A stretch of 64,000 nucleotides of DNA from a bacterium (GCA_016706845.1 JADJIV010000002.1:102307-166306); one strand, 5' to 3'; positions 32,052-43,932 are shown, numbered from the stretch's first letter. Notes: a model not told the origin generated them from the letters alone. Numbers and translations: made by a program.

Positions 32052-33056
32052 TCAGCTGAGACGGCGCAGGACATAATCGACCGACACGACGAGCAGGTCC
32101 CTCTGGACCCCCGAGGCGACGGCGGTGATCGCGGACTTGGCCCGATCTGCGAACTCCTTGGCCCTGCCGCGGGCGTAATCGGTGCCGCCGTGTTCCAGGA
32201 CGAAGTCCCTGACCTCGGCCCAGGCCTCGGCTCGCGCCGGTCCCGTGAGACCTTCCACGCGGCCGAGCAGTCGCGCCCGCTGCTCGGCGGGAGCGTCGCG
32301 CAGCGCGGCGATCAGGGGCAGCGTGATGCGGCCTTCCTCCCAGTCCTGGCCGGTGGGCTTGCCCAGCCGCCGCTCGTCGCCGAGGAAGTCGAAGATGTCG
32401 TCGGTGATCTGGAAAACGAAGCCGATCATGCGGCCGAACTCGCCGTAGGCCTCGACGTGGCGTTCGGCCGCGGGGTTGAAGCCTGCCCCGATCGCGCAGG
32501 CGGACTCGATCAGGGACGCGGTCTTGCGCAGGATGATGTCGAGGTAGCGCTCCTCGGTGAGCGCGAGGTCGTGCCGGGTCTCGATCTGCATCATCTCGGC
32601 CTGGCTCATCTTCAGCGTGGTCGCGGCCAGCAGCCGCAGGGCCTCGTGCAGGCCGGCCCGGCTGAGGCAGTCCAGCGCCTTGCTGTAGAGGTAGTCCCCC
32701 ATGACCAGCGCCGTCGCCGGCCCCCAGGCCTGGTTCACCGAGGGCAGCCCGCGGCGGGTCGGCGCCTCGTCGATGAAGTCGTCGTGCAGCAGCGTCGCGG
32801 TGTGGATCATCTCGACGCAGGCCGCGCACAGCACGGCCTCCTGCGGCGTCGGGGCGTCGTGCTTGGCGGTCAGCAGCAGCAGGGTGGGCCGGAAGCGCTT
32901 GCTGCGCCCCTGCTTGACATGGGCGCAGACTTCCTCGATCAGGGGCGTCTCGCCGCGCACGAGGCCGTCGTAGACGGCGTCGAAGCGGGACAGCTCGTCC
33001 CCGATGATCTTCTGCAGGGCCCAGAGCTGGACCCGTTCCTGGTCGAGCAGCGACAT
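32052..33056 (-). CDS. Polyprenyl diphosphate synthase (IspB/HepT-like)
   Basis: Lies inside ORF 32052..33101, with a likely start at MSLLDQ. The first DDxxD is LLHDDFIDEA and the second is QITDDIFD. Confidence 0.85.
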   Translation of the reverse strand: MSLLDQERVQLWALQKIIGDELSRFDAVYDGLVRGETPLIEEVCAHVKQGRSKRFRPTLLLLTAKHDAPTPQEAVLCAACVEMIHTATLLHDDFIDEAPTRRGLPSVNQAWGPATALVMGDYLYSKALDCLSRAGLHEALRLLAATTLKMSQAEMMQIETRHDLALTEERYLDIILRKTASLIESACAIGAGFNPAAERHVEAYGEFGRMIGFVFQITDDIFDFLGDERRLGKPTGQDWEEGRITLPLIAALRDAPAEQRARLLGRVEGLTGPARAEAWAEVRDFVLEHGGTDYARGRAKEFADRAKSAITAVASGVQRDLLVVSVDYVLRRLS

Positions 33057-33129
33057 GCATCCCCTTCGGCGGCGGTCGATTCCCGGGGCGGCGGTCCGCA
33101 TCCCGGCGGGACCGGGCCCCTACCTTATG

Positions 33130-33899
33130 TCATCCGGCGTCCTCTGGCAACCGCCCGGCGGCCGCCGCGGACCGGCGCCGTCCCCGCTCCAGGAGCAGGG
33201 CCGCCCCGACCGAGAGGAGGTAGAGGGCCATGACCGGCACGGCCATCAGCATCTGGCTCACGACGTCGGGCGGCGTGAGGACCGCCGCGACGACCACGAT
33301 GATCACCGCGGCGTACCGCCAGCCGGCCCACAGGGTGCGGGCGCCGACCAGACCGGCCGCGCTCAGCAGCAGCACGACGACCGGCAGCTCGAACACCAGC
33401 CCGAAGGCCAGGCAGGTCTGCGCCACGAAGCTGAAGTACGGGCCGATGCCGATGAGCGGCCGCACGGACTCGGTGGCGTACCCCAGCATGAACGAGACGA
33501 CCAGCGGGATCATCACCAGGAAGGCGAAGGCGACGCCGGTGTAGAACAGCACCACCGAAGCGATCAGCAGCGGCGTGACCAGCCGCCGCTCCCGGGGTAG
33601 AGCCCGGGCGCGACGAAGCGGTAGATGCGCAGCAGCACGAAGGGCAGCACCACGATCAGTCCGGCGACGCCGGCCACCTTCATCCGGGTCATGAAGGCTT
33701 CCATGGGCTGGCTGAAGTAGACCTGCTGGCCCACCGAGGTCATCGGCGCCACGATCAGGTCCAGCAGCCGCTGCGACACGAACCAGCCGCCGATCGCGGC
33801 TGCGGCCGCCACCAGCAGGGACTGCAGCAGCACGGTGCGCAACTCGTCGAGGTGGTCCAGGAGCGTCATCTGGCCGCCCGGGCGGCGCCTCTCAGCCAC
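33130..33899 (-). CDS. tatC: Sec-independent (Tat) protein translocase TatC, with an apparent 1-nt deletion
   Basis: ORF 33564..33899 (LLDHLDELRTVLL...FVAPGLYP) and ORF 33130..33555 (VLFYTGVAFAFLV...LTPPDVVSQ) are contiguous TatC halves. The junction is at the CCCGGGG run 33591-33597. The span is 770 nt. Confidence 0.85.
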
Positions 33900-34362
33900 C
33901 GGCGCCCCCCTTGCGGTCGAGCAGGCCGCGCAGCTCGGACATGAACTCGTCGACGTGCTTGAAGGAGCGGTAGACCGAGGCGAAGCGGACGTAGGCGACC
34001 TCGTCCTTGCCCCGCAGCTGCGACATGACCAGCTCGCCGATGGACGCCGACGGCACCTCGCGCAGCAGCCCGCCGGCCAGCTCGCGCTCCACGGCGTCGG
34101 CCATGGCCTCCATCTCCTCCAGGGAGACGGCCCGCTTCTCGCAGGCGCGGGCGATGCCGCCGATCACCTTGGCGCGGTCGTATTCCACGCGCCGCCCGTC
34201 GCGCTTGACCACCAGGAAGGGCTTGATCTCGACGTACTCGTAGGTGGTGAAACGCTCGCCGCAGGCCACGCACTCGCGCCGGCGCCGGATCGCCCGGCCG
34301 TCGCGGGCCGACCGGCTGTCCACCACCTTGTCGTCGTCGGCTCCGCAGCCCGGGCACTTCAC
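33892..34362 (-). CDS. nrdR: Transcriptional repressor NrdR
   Basis: ORF of 156 aa with MKCPGCGADDDKVVDSR...CVACGERFTTYE and an ATP-cone domain. Confidence 0.93.
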   Translation of the reverse strand: MKCPGCGADDDKVVDSRSARDGRAIRRRRECVACGERFTTYEYVEIKPFLVVKRDGRRVEYDRAKVIGGIARACEKRAVSLEEMEAMADAVERELAGGLLREVPSASIGELVMSQLRGKDEVAYVRFASVYRSFKHVDEFMSELRGLLDRKGGAGG

Positions 34363-34371
34363 GCCGGCCTC

Positions 34372-35612
<1,241 letters not shown>

Positions 35613-35616
<4 letters not shown>

Positions 35617-36111
35617 GCCTGTTCTCCTCGCGGTTCCGGTGTCGGCGGCGACGCGGCGGCGATGCCGCCCGCGTCCTGCTCGATGTCGGCGATCTTGCTG
35701 AATCCGGCCGGCGTGCCGTCCGCCCTCGAACCCGGCGCCCAGCCAGCGCAGCACCATGCGCTCGGCCAGCTCCGCGGACGTGTGGTCGGCACCGAAACAG
35801 ATCACGTTGGCGTCGTTGTGGCGGCGGGTGGCCGCGGCCATCTCCTCGTTGCAGCACAGGGCGGCGCGCACGCCGCGCACCTTGTTGGCGGCGATGCTCA
35901 CGCCGATGCCCGAGCCGCAGACCAGCACCCCCAGGGCGGCCCGGCCGGCGGCCACGGCCAGGCCCACGGCCCGCGCGAAGTCCGGATAGTCGACCGAGGC
36001 GGGCCCGTGGCAGCCCAGGTCCGCGACGGTGTGGCCCTCGCGGCCCAACAGGTCCTTGACCCGTTCCTTGAGGGCGAACCCGCGGTGGTCCGCGCCGACG
36101 GCGACGATCAT
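35613..36111 (-). CDS. rpiB: Ribose-5-phosphate isomerase B, with an apparent 1-nt insertion near the 3' end
   Basis: Contains [12 protein letters not shown]...[14 protein letters not shown]...[10 protein letters not shown]. As written, the frame runs into glyA with no stop. Shifting at about 35695-35703 gives [11 protein letters not shown]...EQA, with a TGA overlapping the glyA ATG. Confidence 0.85.
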
Positions 36112-36596
36112 GGCGTTCTCCCGGGCTGCAGGTGGGCGGTCCAGGCCTCCACGAGCCTGTCGACCTGATCGGCCATCCGCGCGTAGGCCAGGGACGTCCC
36201 GGCGCGGTAGGGGTCGTCGACCGTCTCGGCCGCCGCGGCGTCGCCGCCGGCCGCCAGATCGATCCCGGGCAGGCCCAGCAGGCCGACCCGGCCGGCATAA
36301 CCGGGGAACCGCGACCGGAAGCGCGCGAGCTGCCCGGGCGTCATCAGCAGCACCCAGCCCGTCCCCTCCAGCACGGCCGAATCCAGCGGCCGCGAGCGGT
36401 GCCGCGCGAGGTCCAGACCCCGCTCCCGCGCCTGGTCGCAGGACTCCGCCGTCGCCGGGCAGCCCGGCGACGCGTCCAGCCCCGCGGAGGCGCACGCGGG
36501 CTCCCCCTGCCAGCGGGCGGCGGCGAGCGCGGCGGCCAAGGGGCTGCGGCAGGTGTTCCCGGAGCAGACGAACAAGACGGTGCCGGGTGCGTCCAA
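36108..36596 (-). CDS. Low-molecular-weight protein-tyrosine phosphatase / ArsC-like
   Basis: ORF of 162 aa. A TTG start is preceded by AGGAGA. The P-loop is [13 protein letters not shown]. The stop overlaps the rpiB ATG. Confidence 0.8.
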   Translation of the reverse strand: MDAPGTVLFVCSGNTCRSPLAAALAAARWQGEPACASAGLDASPGCPATAESCDQARERGLDLARHRSRPLDSAVLEGTGWVLLMTPGQLARFRSRFPGYAGRVGLLGLPGIDLAAGGDAAAAETVDDPYRAGTSLAYARMADQVDRLVEAWTAHLQPGRTP

Positions 36597-36614
36597 GCGT
36601 GTCTCCTGCGGCGT

Positions 36615-36643
36615 AAGTTAGGCCGGGAAGAGGGCGGCGTCAA
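36615..36643 (-). promoter_or_regulatory. Sigma-70-like promoter candidate
   Basis: On the minus strand: TTGACG, a 17-nt spacer, then TAACTT, about 20 nt upstream of the phosphatase start. Confidence 0.3.
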
Positions 36644-36688
36644 GAAGGCCGCGCTCTCGTAATTACAATGCTAACAGACTGTTTCGCG

Positions 36689-37291
36689 TCAGAACTCCCA
36701 GTCGGGTGGAACCAGGGGGCCCGGGCGCAGCACCCGCGGCGGCCAGACGGTGAGGTCCAGCATCGCCGAAGCCGCCCCCGCCGGCGAACCGCCCCAATCC
36801 AGTTCCGCCACGAGGTCGACGCCCCCGGCGAATTGCCGCGCCGCCGCCTCCAGTTCCGTGGCCGGAGGTTCGCCGGCGAGGTTGGCGCTGGTGGAGACCA
36901 GGGCGCCCCCGCAGGCGGCGATGAGATCGCGCAGCCGGCCCGGCGCCGGCACGCGGACGGCGAGCGTCGGGCCGCCGCGGGTCGCCGCCGTCGGGGCCGA
37001 CGCTCCGGCCGGCAGCACCAGCGTGAAGGGGCCGGGCCAGCAGCGCTCCACGTAGGCCCACGCGCGGGCGGGCAGGGCGCCGGCGAGGGCGCGCGCGTCG
37101 TCGATGCCGGCGCAGAGCACCAGCAGGGGCTGGCCCTCGTCGCGGCCCTTCAGCACCGCGATGCGCGCGACGGCCGCCGGTGCGTCGGCGCGCGCATGCA
37201 ACCCGGGCAGCGTGTCGGTCGGCATCAGCACCACGCCGCCGCCGGCCAGGCAAGCGGCGGCGACCGCGGGGTCGCGCGTGCGGGCGACCAT
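36689..37291 (-). CDS. tsaC: L-threonylcarbamoyladenylate synthase (YrdC/TsaC family)
   Basis: Lies inside ORF 36689..37354, starting at the ATG at 37291. YrdC motifs are present (PTDTLPGLHA, KGRDEGQPLLVL, WPGPFTLVL, STSANLAGEPP). Confidence 0.8.
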   Translation of the reverse strand: MVARTRDPAVAAACLAGGGVVLMPTDTLPGLHARADAPAAVARIAVLKGRDEGQPLLVLCAGIDDARALAGALPARAWAYVERCWPGPFTLVLPAGASAPTAATRGGPTLAVRVPAPGRLRDLIAACGGALVSTSANLAGEPPATELEAAARQFAGGVDLVAELDWGGSPAGAASAMLDLTVWPPRVLRPGPLVPPDWEF

Positions 37292-37292
37292 C

Positions 37293-37779
37293 TCAGCCGC
37301 CGCCGCGGGCCTGCTCGCGGCGGAAGTCCGCGAGGGCCGCGGCCACGCGCGCATCGCCGAGCGCCAGGATGCGCGCGGCGAGCACGGCGGCGTTCTTCGC
37401 TCCCGACGGCCCGATGGCGACCGTCGCCACGGGCACGCCGCCCGGCATCTGGGCCATCGACAACAGGGGCGTCGATGCCCGCCAGCGGCCCGGCGGCCAC
37501 CGGCACGCCGATCACCGGCCGCAGCGTCAGCGAAGCCACCACGCCGGGCAGGTGCGCCGCCATGCCCGCGACCGCGATGTAGACCGCGATCCCCTCGCGG
37601 TCGCCCGCGGTCACCAGGCGCCGCAGCTTGTCCGGCTGGCGGTGCGCCGACGCGATCTCGACGCGGTGCGGGAGGCCGAAGCGGTCCAGCAGCGCCAGGA
37701 GCCCGTCGATGACCGGCAGGTCGCTCTTGCTGCCCAGCAGGACCATCACCCGGGCCGGGGGCGTCGCGCGTTGCGTCAT
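37293..37779 (-). CDS. purE: N5-carboxyaminoimidazole ribonucleotide mutase, with an apparent 1-nt insertion
   Basis: Contains [13 protein letters not shown]...[16 protein letters not shown]. After the GGGG run 37466-37469 the conserved end ([27 protein letters not shown]...) is in another frame and stops at 37293-37295. The span is 487 nt. Confidence 0.85.
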
Positions 37780-39112
37780 GGTTCGCTCCTGGATGGAGGG
37801 AGGCCGCCGCCGATGTCGCGGCGGCAGACGAGGCCGTCGAAACGGACGTCGGCCAACAGGCCGTAGGCGGCGGCCAGGGCCTCGCGCGGGTCGCGCCCCT
37901 CGCCGACCACGCCGAGCACGCGGCCGCCGGCGGTCACCAGTTGCCCGTCGCGCTCGGCAGTGCCCGCCTGGACGACCCAGGCCCGCTCGCGGTCCGGCGG
38001 CAGCGTGATCGCGTCGCCGCGGCGGAGCGGGCCGGGGTAGCCGTGGCTCGCGGCCACGACGACCGCCGCGGCGCGCTCCCAGTCCGTCAGCGCGGCGCCG
38101 GGCCAATCCGGCGGCGCGCCGGGACCGGGCGCGGGCAGCGCCGCCAGCCAGGCGCCGAGGTCCGCCCCGCGCGGTCGCGCGCAGCAGGTCCAGCAGGTCG
38201 ACGCGCAGCAGCGGCAGCACGGCCTGGGTCTCGGGATCGCCGAAGCGGCAGTTGAATTCCAGCACGCGGGGCCCGTCGGGAGTCAGCATCAGCCCGACGT
38301 ACAGCACGCCGCGGTAGTCCACGCCGCGCCGCCGCAGCTCGGCGAGCACCGGCGCGACCACACCCTCCCCGACCGCCCGGCCGAGCGCGGGCGTCAGCAG
38401 TTCGGCGGACGCGACGACGCCCATGCCGCCGGTGTTGGGGCCGGTGTCGCCTTCGCCGAGGCGCTTGTGATCGCGCGAGGGGCAGAGCAGAGCGTAGTCG
38501 CGGCCGTCGGTGACCGCGAGGATCGAGAGCTCGGGCCCGGTCAGGCACTCCTCGAGCAGCACGCGCCGGCCGGCGTCGCCGAAGGCGTCCGCGGTGAAGC
38601 ACAGTTCCAGGTGCGCCCGCGCCGCGGCCCGGTCGGCGCAGACCGCCACGCCCTTGCCCTGGGCGGCGCCGCAGGCCTTGACCACCAGCGGGAACGCGGC
38701 CGCAGCGAGGCGCGCGAGCGCCTCCGCCGAGACTCCCGCACGCCGCGTAGCCGGCGGTCGGCACGCCCGCCGCGGCCATGATCAGCTTGGCGTGTTCCTT
38801 GTCCCCCTCGAGTCGCGCGCCGCGCGCCCCGGGCCCGAACACCGCGAGGCCGGCGTCGCGCAGGACGTCGGCCAGACCGGCGATCAGCGGGTCCTCGGGC
38901 CCGACGACCACCAGGTCGATCGCGGCCTCGCGGCACCACGACGCGAGCGCGCGCTGGTCGGTGGGATCGACGGGCACCGGGGTCGCGAGCCGCAGCAGAC
39001 CGGGATTGCCGGGAGCGGCCCAGAGGCGGGGACGCGAGGCGCAGGCGGCGAGACGGCGCGCCAGGGCGTGCTCACGCCCTCCCGCACCCACGATCAGCAC
39101 CTGCGGCGTCAT
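37776..39112 (-). CDS. purD: Phosphoribosylamine--glycine ligase, with two apparent 1-nt insertions
   Basis: Three consecutive frames carry MTPQVLIVGAGGREHAL..., then VVKACGAAQGKGVAV...EFNCRFGDPETQ, then VVAASHGYPGPLRRGD...GRVLGVV. The switches are at about 38727-38740 and 38161-38164. The stop overlaps the purE ATG. Confidence 0.85.
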
Positions 39113-39201
39113 CGTCCGTCCACCTCCCGTCGCTGCCGGGACCTTAGCGCACGCACGCGGCCCCCCGCAACGGAAACGAGGCCGCCGCGCCGCGGGGCCC
39201 C

Positions 39202-40152
39202 TCAGGGGACGATGCGCGTGCCCGCCTCGCCGTGGACCGCGGCGAGCAGGTGTTCGGGATCGGTGATGACGACCTCGCGGCCGCCCGCGGCCAGGAACGC
39301 CAGGGCGGCCTCGATCTTCGGGCCCATGCTGCCGGCGGGGAACTCGCCCGCCGCCAGCAGCGCGCGGGCCTCCGCCGCCGGCAGGATCGACAGTGCCTGC
39401 TGCCCGGGCTTGCCCCAGCCGCGATAGACCTGCTCCACCTGGGTGATGATCACGAACGTGTCGGCCTTGATCAGTTCGGCCAGCAGCTCCGAGGCGAGAT
39501 CCTTGTCGATCACCGCATCGATGCCCTCGATGCGGTCCTCCTCGCAGGTGACCACCGGCACGCCGCCGCCGCCGACGGCGACCACCAGCACGCCGGCGTC
39601 GAGCATGCGGCGGATGACCTCGAACTCGACCACCTTGCGCGGCAGGGGGCTGGGCACCACGCGCCGCCAGCCGCGGCCGGCGTCCTCCTTCACCGTCCAG
39701 CCGAACTCCGCGGCGACCCGGCGGGCCTGCGGCTCGTCGTAGTAGGGGCCGATGGGCTTGGTGGGCTTGGCGAACGCGGGGTCGTCGCGGTCCACGAGCA
39801 CCTGGGTGACCACGGTGGCCACCGGCGTGTCGATCCCGCGCAGGAACATCGCGTTCTGCAGGTTCTGCTGGATCATGTAGCCCAGCCCGCCCTGCGAGTC
39901 CGCGCCGCACACGAACAGGGGCATCGGCACGATGCCGTGCAGCTGGTAGCCGGCGTCGTTGCGCAGGAAGATGTTCCCGACCACCGGGCCGTTGCCGTGG
40001 GTGATCACGATCTGGTGCCCCGCGGCCGAGAGCTCGGCCACCTGGGCCATCGTGCCCTTGGTGATCTGGTACTGCTCGAGGTAGGTCCCCTTGGTCCCCA
40101 CCGGGATGATGGCGTTGCCGCCGAGCGCGATGACCATCCTGCGTCGATCCAT
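39202..40152 (-). CDS. arcC: Carbamate kinase
   Basis: ORF of 316 aa with VIALGGNAI, ITHGNGPVVGN, and a C-terminal amino-acid-kinase fold. Confidence 0.88.
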   Translation of the reverse strand: MDRRRMVIALGGNAIIPVGTKGTYLEQYQITKGTMAQVAELSAAGHQIVITHGNGPVVGNIFLRNDAGYQLHGIVPMPLFVCGADSQGGLGYMIQQNLQNAMFLRGIDTPVATVVTQVLVDRDDPAFAKPTKPIGPYYDEPQARRVAAEFGWTVKEDAGRGWRRVVPSPLPRKVVEFEVIRRMLDAGVLVVAVGGGGVPVVTCEEDRIEGIDAVIDKDLASELLAELIKADTFVIITQVEQVYRGWGKPGQQALSILPAAEARALLAAGEFPAGSMGPKIEAALAFLAAGGREVVITDPEHLLAAVHGEAGTRIVP

Positions 40153-40233
40153 GTGGCACCTCTGCCGACTTGGTCCGCGAACGTGGGCACCGCGCCCGGC
40201 CGGCGGACGCGGTGACGCGGGGTTCGGGATCGG

Positions 40234-41400
40234 TCAGCCCAGCAGGTCCGCGCTCATCGCGCGGACGCGCTCGAGAGCCTTGCGGATCTGCGGCTGGCTG
40301 TTGGCGTAGCTGAAGCGCAGGTAGCCCTCGCCGAAGCGGCCGAACGCCGTGCCGCTCAGGGCCGCCACGCCGTACTTGTCCAGCAGCAGCGTGGCGATCT
40401 CGGCGCTCTTGCGGCCGAGCTGCGTGATGTTCGGGAACACGTAGAAGGCGCCGTGGGGCATCCGGCAGGAGATCCCGGGGATGTCGTTGAGGCCCGCGAC
40501 CAGCAGGTCGCGCCGGGCGCGGAACTCCGCCACCATCGCGATCGCCGCGTCCTGCGGGCCGGTCAGCGCCTCGGCGCCCGCGATCTGCGTGAACGAAGCG
40601 GTGCAGCTGTTGCAGTTGGTCTGCAGCATGGCGACGGCGTCGGCCAGTTCCCGGGGCATGACGCCGTAGCCCAGGCGCCAGCCGGTCATGGCGTAGGTCT
40701 TGGAGTGGCCGTCCAGGATGATCGTGCGCTCGGGCATGCCCGGGCGCGTGGCGATGGACTCGTGCGCGCCCTCGTAGATGATCTTGCTGTAGATCTCGTC
40801 GCTCAGCACCCAGAAGTCGTGCTTCACGGCCAGCCGGGCGATGGCGTCGAGGTCCGCGCCCGACAGCACGCCGCCGGTGGGGTTCTGGGGCGAGTTGATG
40901 ATCAGCAGCTTCGTGCGGTCGCTGACCAGGCGCTCGAGGTCGGCGATGTCGAAGGAGAAGTCCTTCGCCTCGGACAGCGGCAGGGGCACCGCCGTGGCGC
41001 CCAGGAAATTGATCACCGACTCGTAGATCGGGAACCCCGGGTTGGGGTAGATGACCTCGTCGCCCTCGTCGACCAGGGCGGTCATCACGAAGTACATGAT
41101 GGGCTTGCCGCCGGGCGTGACCACGATGTTCTCGGGGCCGACGTCCAGGCCGCGGTCGCGGGCGATGTACTCGGCGAAGGCCCGGCGGACCTCGGGCTTG
41201 CCGGCCGCGGGCCCGTAGTGGGTCTCGCCCTGCTGCAGGGCCGCCACGGCCCTGGCCACGATGTTGGGCGGGGTGTCGAAGTCCGGTTCGCCGATCTCGA
41301 GGTGGACGATGTCGCGGCCCTGGGCCTCGAGCGCCTTGGCCCGGGCCAGCACGACGAAAGCCGTCTCGGTGCCGAGTCTCTGCATCCGCTTGGCCAGCAT
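40234..41400 (-). CDS. Class I/II pyridoxal-phosphate-dependent aminotransferase (aspartate-aminotransferase-like)
   Basis: ORF of 388 aa with NSPQNPTG and the PLP-lysine motif SKTYAMTGWRLGY. Confidence 0.88.
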   Translation of the reverse strand: MLAKRMQRLGTETAFVVLARAKALEAQGRDIVHLEIGEPDFDTPPNIVARAVAALQQGETHYGPAAGKPEVRRAFAEYIARDRGLDVGPENIVVTPGGKPIMYFVMTALVDEGDEVIYPNPGFPIYESVINFLGATAVPLPLSEAKDFSFDIADLERLVSDRTKLLIINSPQNPTGGVLSGADLDAIARLAVKHDFWVLSDEIYSKIIYEGAHESIATRPGMPERTIILDGHSKTYAMTGWRLGYGVMPRELADAVAMLQTNCNSCTASFTQIAGAEALTGPQDAAIAMVAEFRARRDLLVAGLNDIPGISCRMPHGAFYVFPNITQLGRKSAEIATLLLDKYGVAALSGTAFGRFGEGYLRFSYANSQPQIRKALERVRAMSADLLG

Positions 41401-41463
41401 GAAGAACCCCTTGCCTCGAGGATCTCGCGTGACGGCGCCGGTCGGCCGCCGGTGGACGCAAAT

Positions 41464-41491
41464 TGTATACGGGTCGCGGGGGGGATGTCAA
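41464..41491 (-). promoter_or_regulatory. Sigma-70-like promoter candidate for the aminotransferase gene
   Basis: On the minus strand: TTGACA, a 16-nt spacer containing a C7 run (plus-strand G7 at 41478-41484), then TATACA. Confidence 0.4.
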
Positions 41492-41502
41492 AACCGCTGC
41501 CG

Positions 41503-43083
41503 TCACCAGCCGCGCCAGTCCCGGGTCGCGGACGCCCGGAACTCGTAGGCAGCGGCGTCTTGCGGCTGTTGGGGGCGTCGGCAGGCAGCGCTGACCGAAA
41601 TCCGGGATCCGCCCCGGCGCCAGTGGACGCCCAGCGTGCGCTCGTCGCGCCACCGCCCCCAGTGGCGCGGCAGCACGAGCCCCGGGGCCGGGGACTCGAC
41701 GCTCAGCAGGTCGGCGCCGCCGCCCCAGGCCCAGACCTGGACGAAGCGCCAGCCCCAGCCTTCGGGCGGCTGCATGCCGAACGCCAGCGACACCGCCGAG
41801 CGGTCGTCGCTGTCCGCGCCCGCCCCGTCGCGATCGACCGTCCGCACCGTCCGCCAGCCGAGCCGCCCCTGCCACGCGCCGGATCCGGTCTCGAGCCAGG
41901 ACGCCGCGCGCCAGGTGTCCTGCGCCGACTCCAGGGCCGGCGGGAGCCACGGCATGCGCCCGCTCCAGCCCCGTCGCGTCTCTGAACGTCCCGTGAGGCT
42001 CATCCCCCACCGGCGACGCGCATCGCCGCCCCCGGCTTCCAGCGACCAGCGCCTGACCTCGGTCGGGCGGGGCGACCCGTCCGACCAGCCGTCGTGCCCG
42101 GACACGCCGCAGGCGGCGGCCACGGTCAGGGCGTCGCCGCGGCCGCGCACACGGACCAGCCAGCCGCGACCGTCGTCGGCCGTGAGCGCAGCCGGGCGCT
42201 GTCCGGTGCGGGGGGCGGGACCCGGTTGCGCGGCGGCGACCTGCACCTCGGCCGTCGCGCGCCGGCCGGCCCGCCAGCGCCCCGCGACGACCCAGACCGC
42301 GCGGCGTGTCCCGCCTGCAAGCGCGCTCCAGACCGAGCTCTCGCCCGCCAGGACCAGGTCGCCACAGGTCCAGGCGGCGGACACCGAACCGCCGCGGCCC
42401 GCCGACTCGGTCGCGACGGCAAGCGCGGCCTCGCCCCCGCCCCCGGCCCAGGCGAGGGCCGCGCCCGCGCGCGGCGCCGCCCCCGCTTCCCGCGCGCGTC
42501 CCCGCCAGACGACGATCTCGCCGGGCCCCGCACGCCAAGCCGCAGCGGCCCCGCGCACGACCCGCCGCTCGGCGGCGCCCGCGTGCAGCCCGACCTCGAT
42601 GGCGGCCTGCCCGCCGCCGGGCGAAGCCAGTCCCGCCCAGCGTCCGGCCCCCGACAGCAGCAGGCCGCTGCCCGCGTGCACGCCGGCGTCTCCGACCAGC
42701 ACGCGGGCGCCGCCCCAGCGCAGCGCGGCGCCGCCCGCCGGCGCCGTCCGCCCATCGCCGCGCAGGCGGACCTCGCCGGTCCCGTCCGCTCGACTGAAAT
42801 CCCACCGGTCTGCGGTCGCCGTCCGGCGCAGGGACAGACGCCAACGCCCGGCCCCGGCTTCCGGGTGTTCGAGGTTGTCCGGGACGGCGATGACGACCGG
42901 CGGTTCGGCGTCCAGCCAGGCCAGGGCCGCCGCCAGGTCATCGGGTTCCAGGCGGTCGATGGCCACGGCGAGGCTGTCCGCCGGTTGCACCCTGAACGCG
43001 TCGGGCTCGGCATGCCCAAGACCGGACGACAGAACGCACACCGCCGCCAGCGACGTGGCGAACACGCGCGGCGCCGCGTTCAC
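41503..43083 (-). CDS. Hypothetical secreted protein, possibly an outer-membrane beta-barrel
   Basis: 526 aa from the GTG at 43081-43083, which overlaps the upstream stop (GTGA). The signal-like N-terminus is VNAAPRVFATSLAAVCVLSSGLGHA. The composition is W/R/G/A-rich and alternating, and the C-terminus is aromatic (...DWRGW). I see no recognisable family. Confidence 0.5.
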   Translation of the reverse strand: MNAAPRVFATSLAAVCVLSSGLGHAEPDAFRVQPADSLAVAIDRLEPDDLAAALAWLDAEPPVVIAVPDNLEHPEAGAGRWRLSLRRTATADRWDFSRADGTGEVRLRGDGRTAPAGGAALRWGGARVLVGDAGVHAGSGLLLSGAGRWAGLASPGGGQAAIEVGLHAGAAERRVVRGAAAAWRAGPGEIVVWRGRAREAGAAPRAGAALAWAGGGGEAALAVATESAGRGGSVSAAWTCGDLVLAGESSVWSALAGGTRRAVWVVAGRWRAGRRATAEVQVAAAQPGPAPRTGQRPAALTADDGRGWLVRVRGRGDALTVAAACGVSGHDGWSDGSPRPTEVRRWSLEAGGGDARRRWGMSLTGRSETRRGWSGRMPWLPPALESAQDTWRAASWLETGSGAWQGRLGWRTVRTVDRDGAGADSDDRSAVSLAFGMQPPEGWGWRFVQVWAWGGGADLLSVESPAPGLVLPRHWGRWRDERTLGVHWRRGGSRISVSAACRRPQQPQDAAAYEFRASATRDWRGW

Positions 43084-43932
43084 GACGCACCCAGGGGGAT
43101 CGCAGCCAGGTCCCAGCGGTGCGTCGCCCCCAGCACCGGATGGACCAGATGCGAGGTGCGCACCAGCAGGCGGCCGCGACGCCAGGCGGTGGTCACACCC
43201 GCCGCTCCGCTGCCGCCGTCGGCGACGAGGCCCCAGCTGAACACCGCGCCCAGCCTCAGGTCGCCCGACGCCCTCCAGGCGACGGCTCCGTGATCGGCGC
43301 GCCGGAACTCGCAGGCGGCGCTCCAGACGCCATCGTGCCAGCGGGCGGACAGCCAGGGTCGTGGGCCGGCGTCTTCCGGCCCGTGACGCAGGGATCAGAG
43401 GCAGGACCTGGAGCGTGCCGACGAACCGGCCGCGGGCGTAGCCGGCCACCGGCGCGATCTCCAGCACATCGGGCCCGGCGACGGTCGCGTAGCTCGGCCG
43501 CCGCCAGCGCACCGCCAGGCCGCACCAGGGCCCGGCCGCGATGGCGCCCGGTCCGCGGGCCGGCCGCCGCGCCCCCGGCGCTACGGCGAGCGAAGCCTGG
43601 AGATCCACCTGATCCTCGCGCCAGAGGTTTCCGCCCAGCCTCTGCCACGACAGCGCCGCCGACCAGCCGGCCGCACGCCGTCCCGCCGCCAGGCGTTGCA
43701 GCGGCAGTTCGGCCATACCGTGCAGACGGGAGACGCCGCAGGCCGCCCAGAAGCCGACGTTCCCGGCGCCGTTGTGCGCGACGCCGTCCAGCAGGTCGGC
43801 CGACGCCGCCGGTCCGGCGCCCCAGCCGTCGTCGAAGTCGCGGATGCCGGCCCTGGCCTGCCTGGTGCACCGGCGACGACGGCCGCGAGCGCGACCAGAC
43901 CGGCGACCACCGCCGCATCGGCCGCCCCTCAT
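43080..43932 (-). CDS. Hypothetical beta-rich protein (~283 aa); reading frame disrupted and reconstruction uncertain
   Basis: The ATG at 43930-43932 overlaps the upstream stop. The central part (IRDFDDGWGAGP...GRFVGTLQVLPL) and the C-terminal part (...RPWLSARWHDGVWSAACEF...HRWDLAAIPLGAS, stop 43080-43082) are in different frames, with the switch near GGG 43391-43393. A signal-peptide-like stretch (VVAGLVALAAVVAGA) sits in yet another frame near the 5' end. Confidence 0.3.

Noticed and set aside
40148-40166. TGGCAC on the plus strand overlapping the arcC start, considered as a sigma-54 -24 box.
   Set aside because: It is on the wrong strand relative to arcC, no TTGC follows at the required spacing, and it overlaps the start codon.
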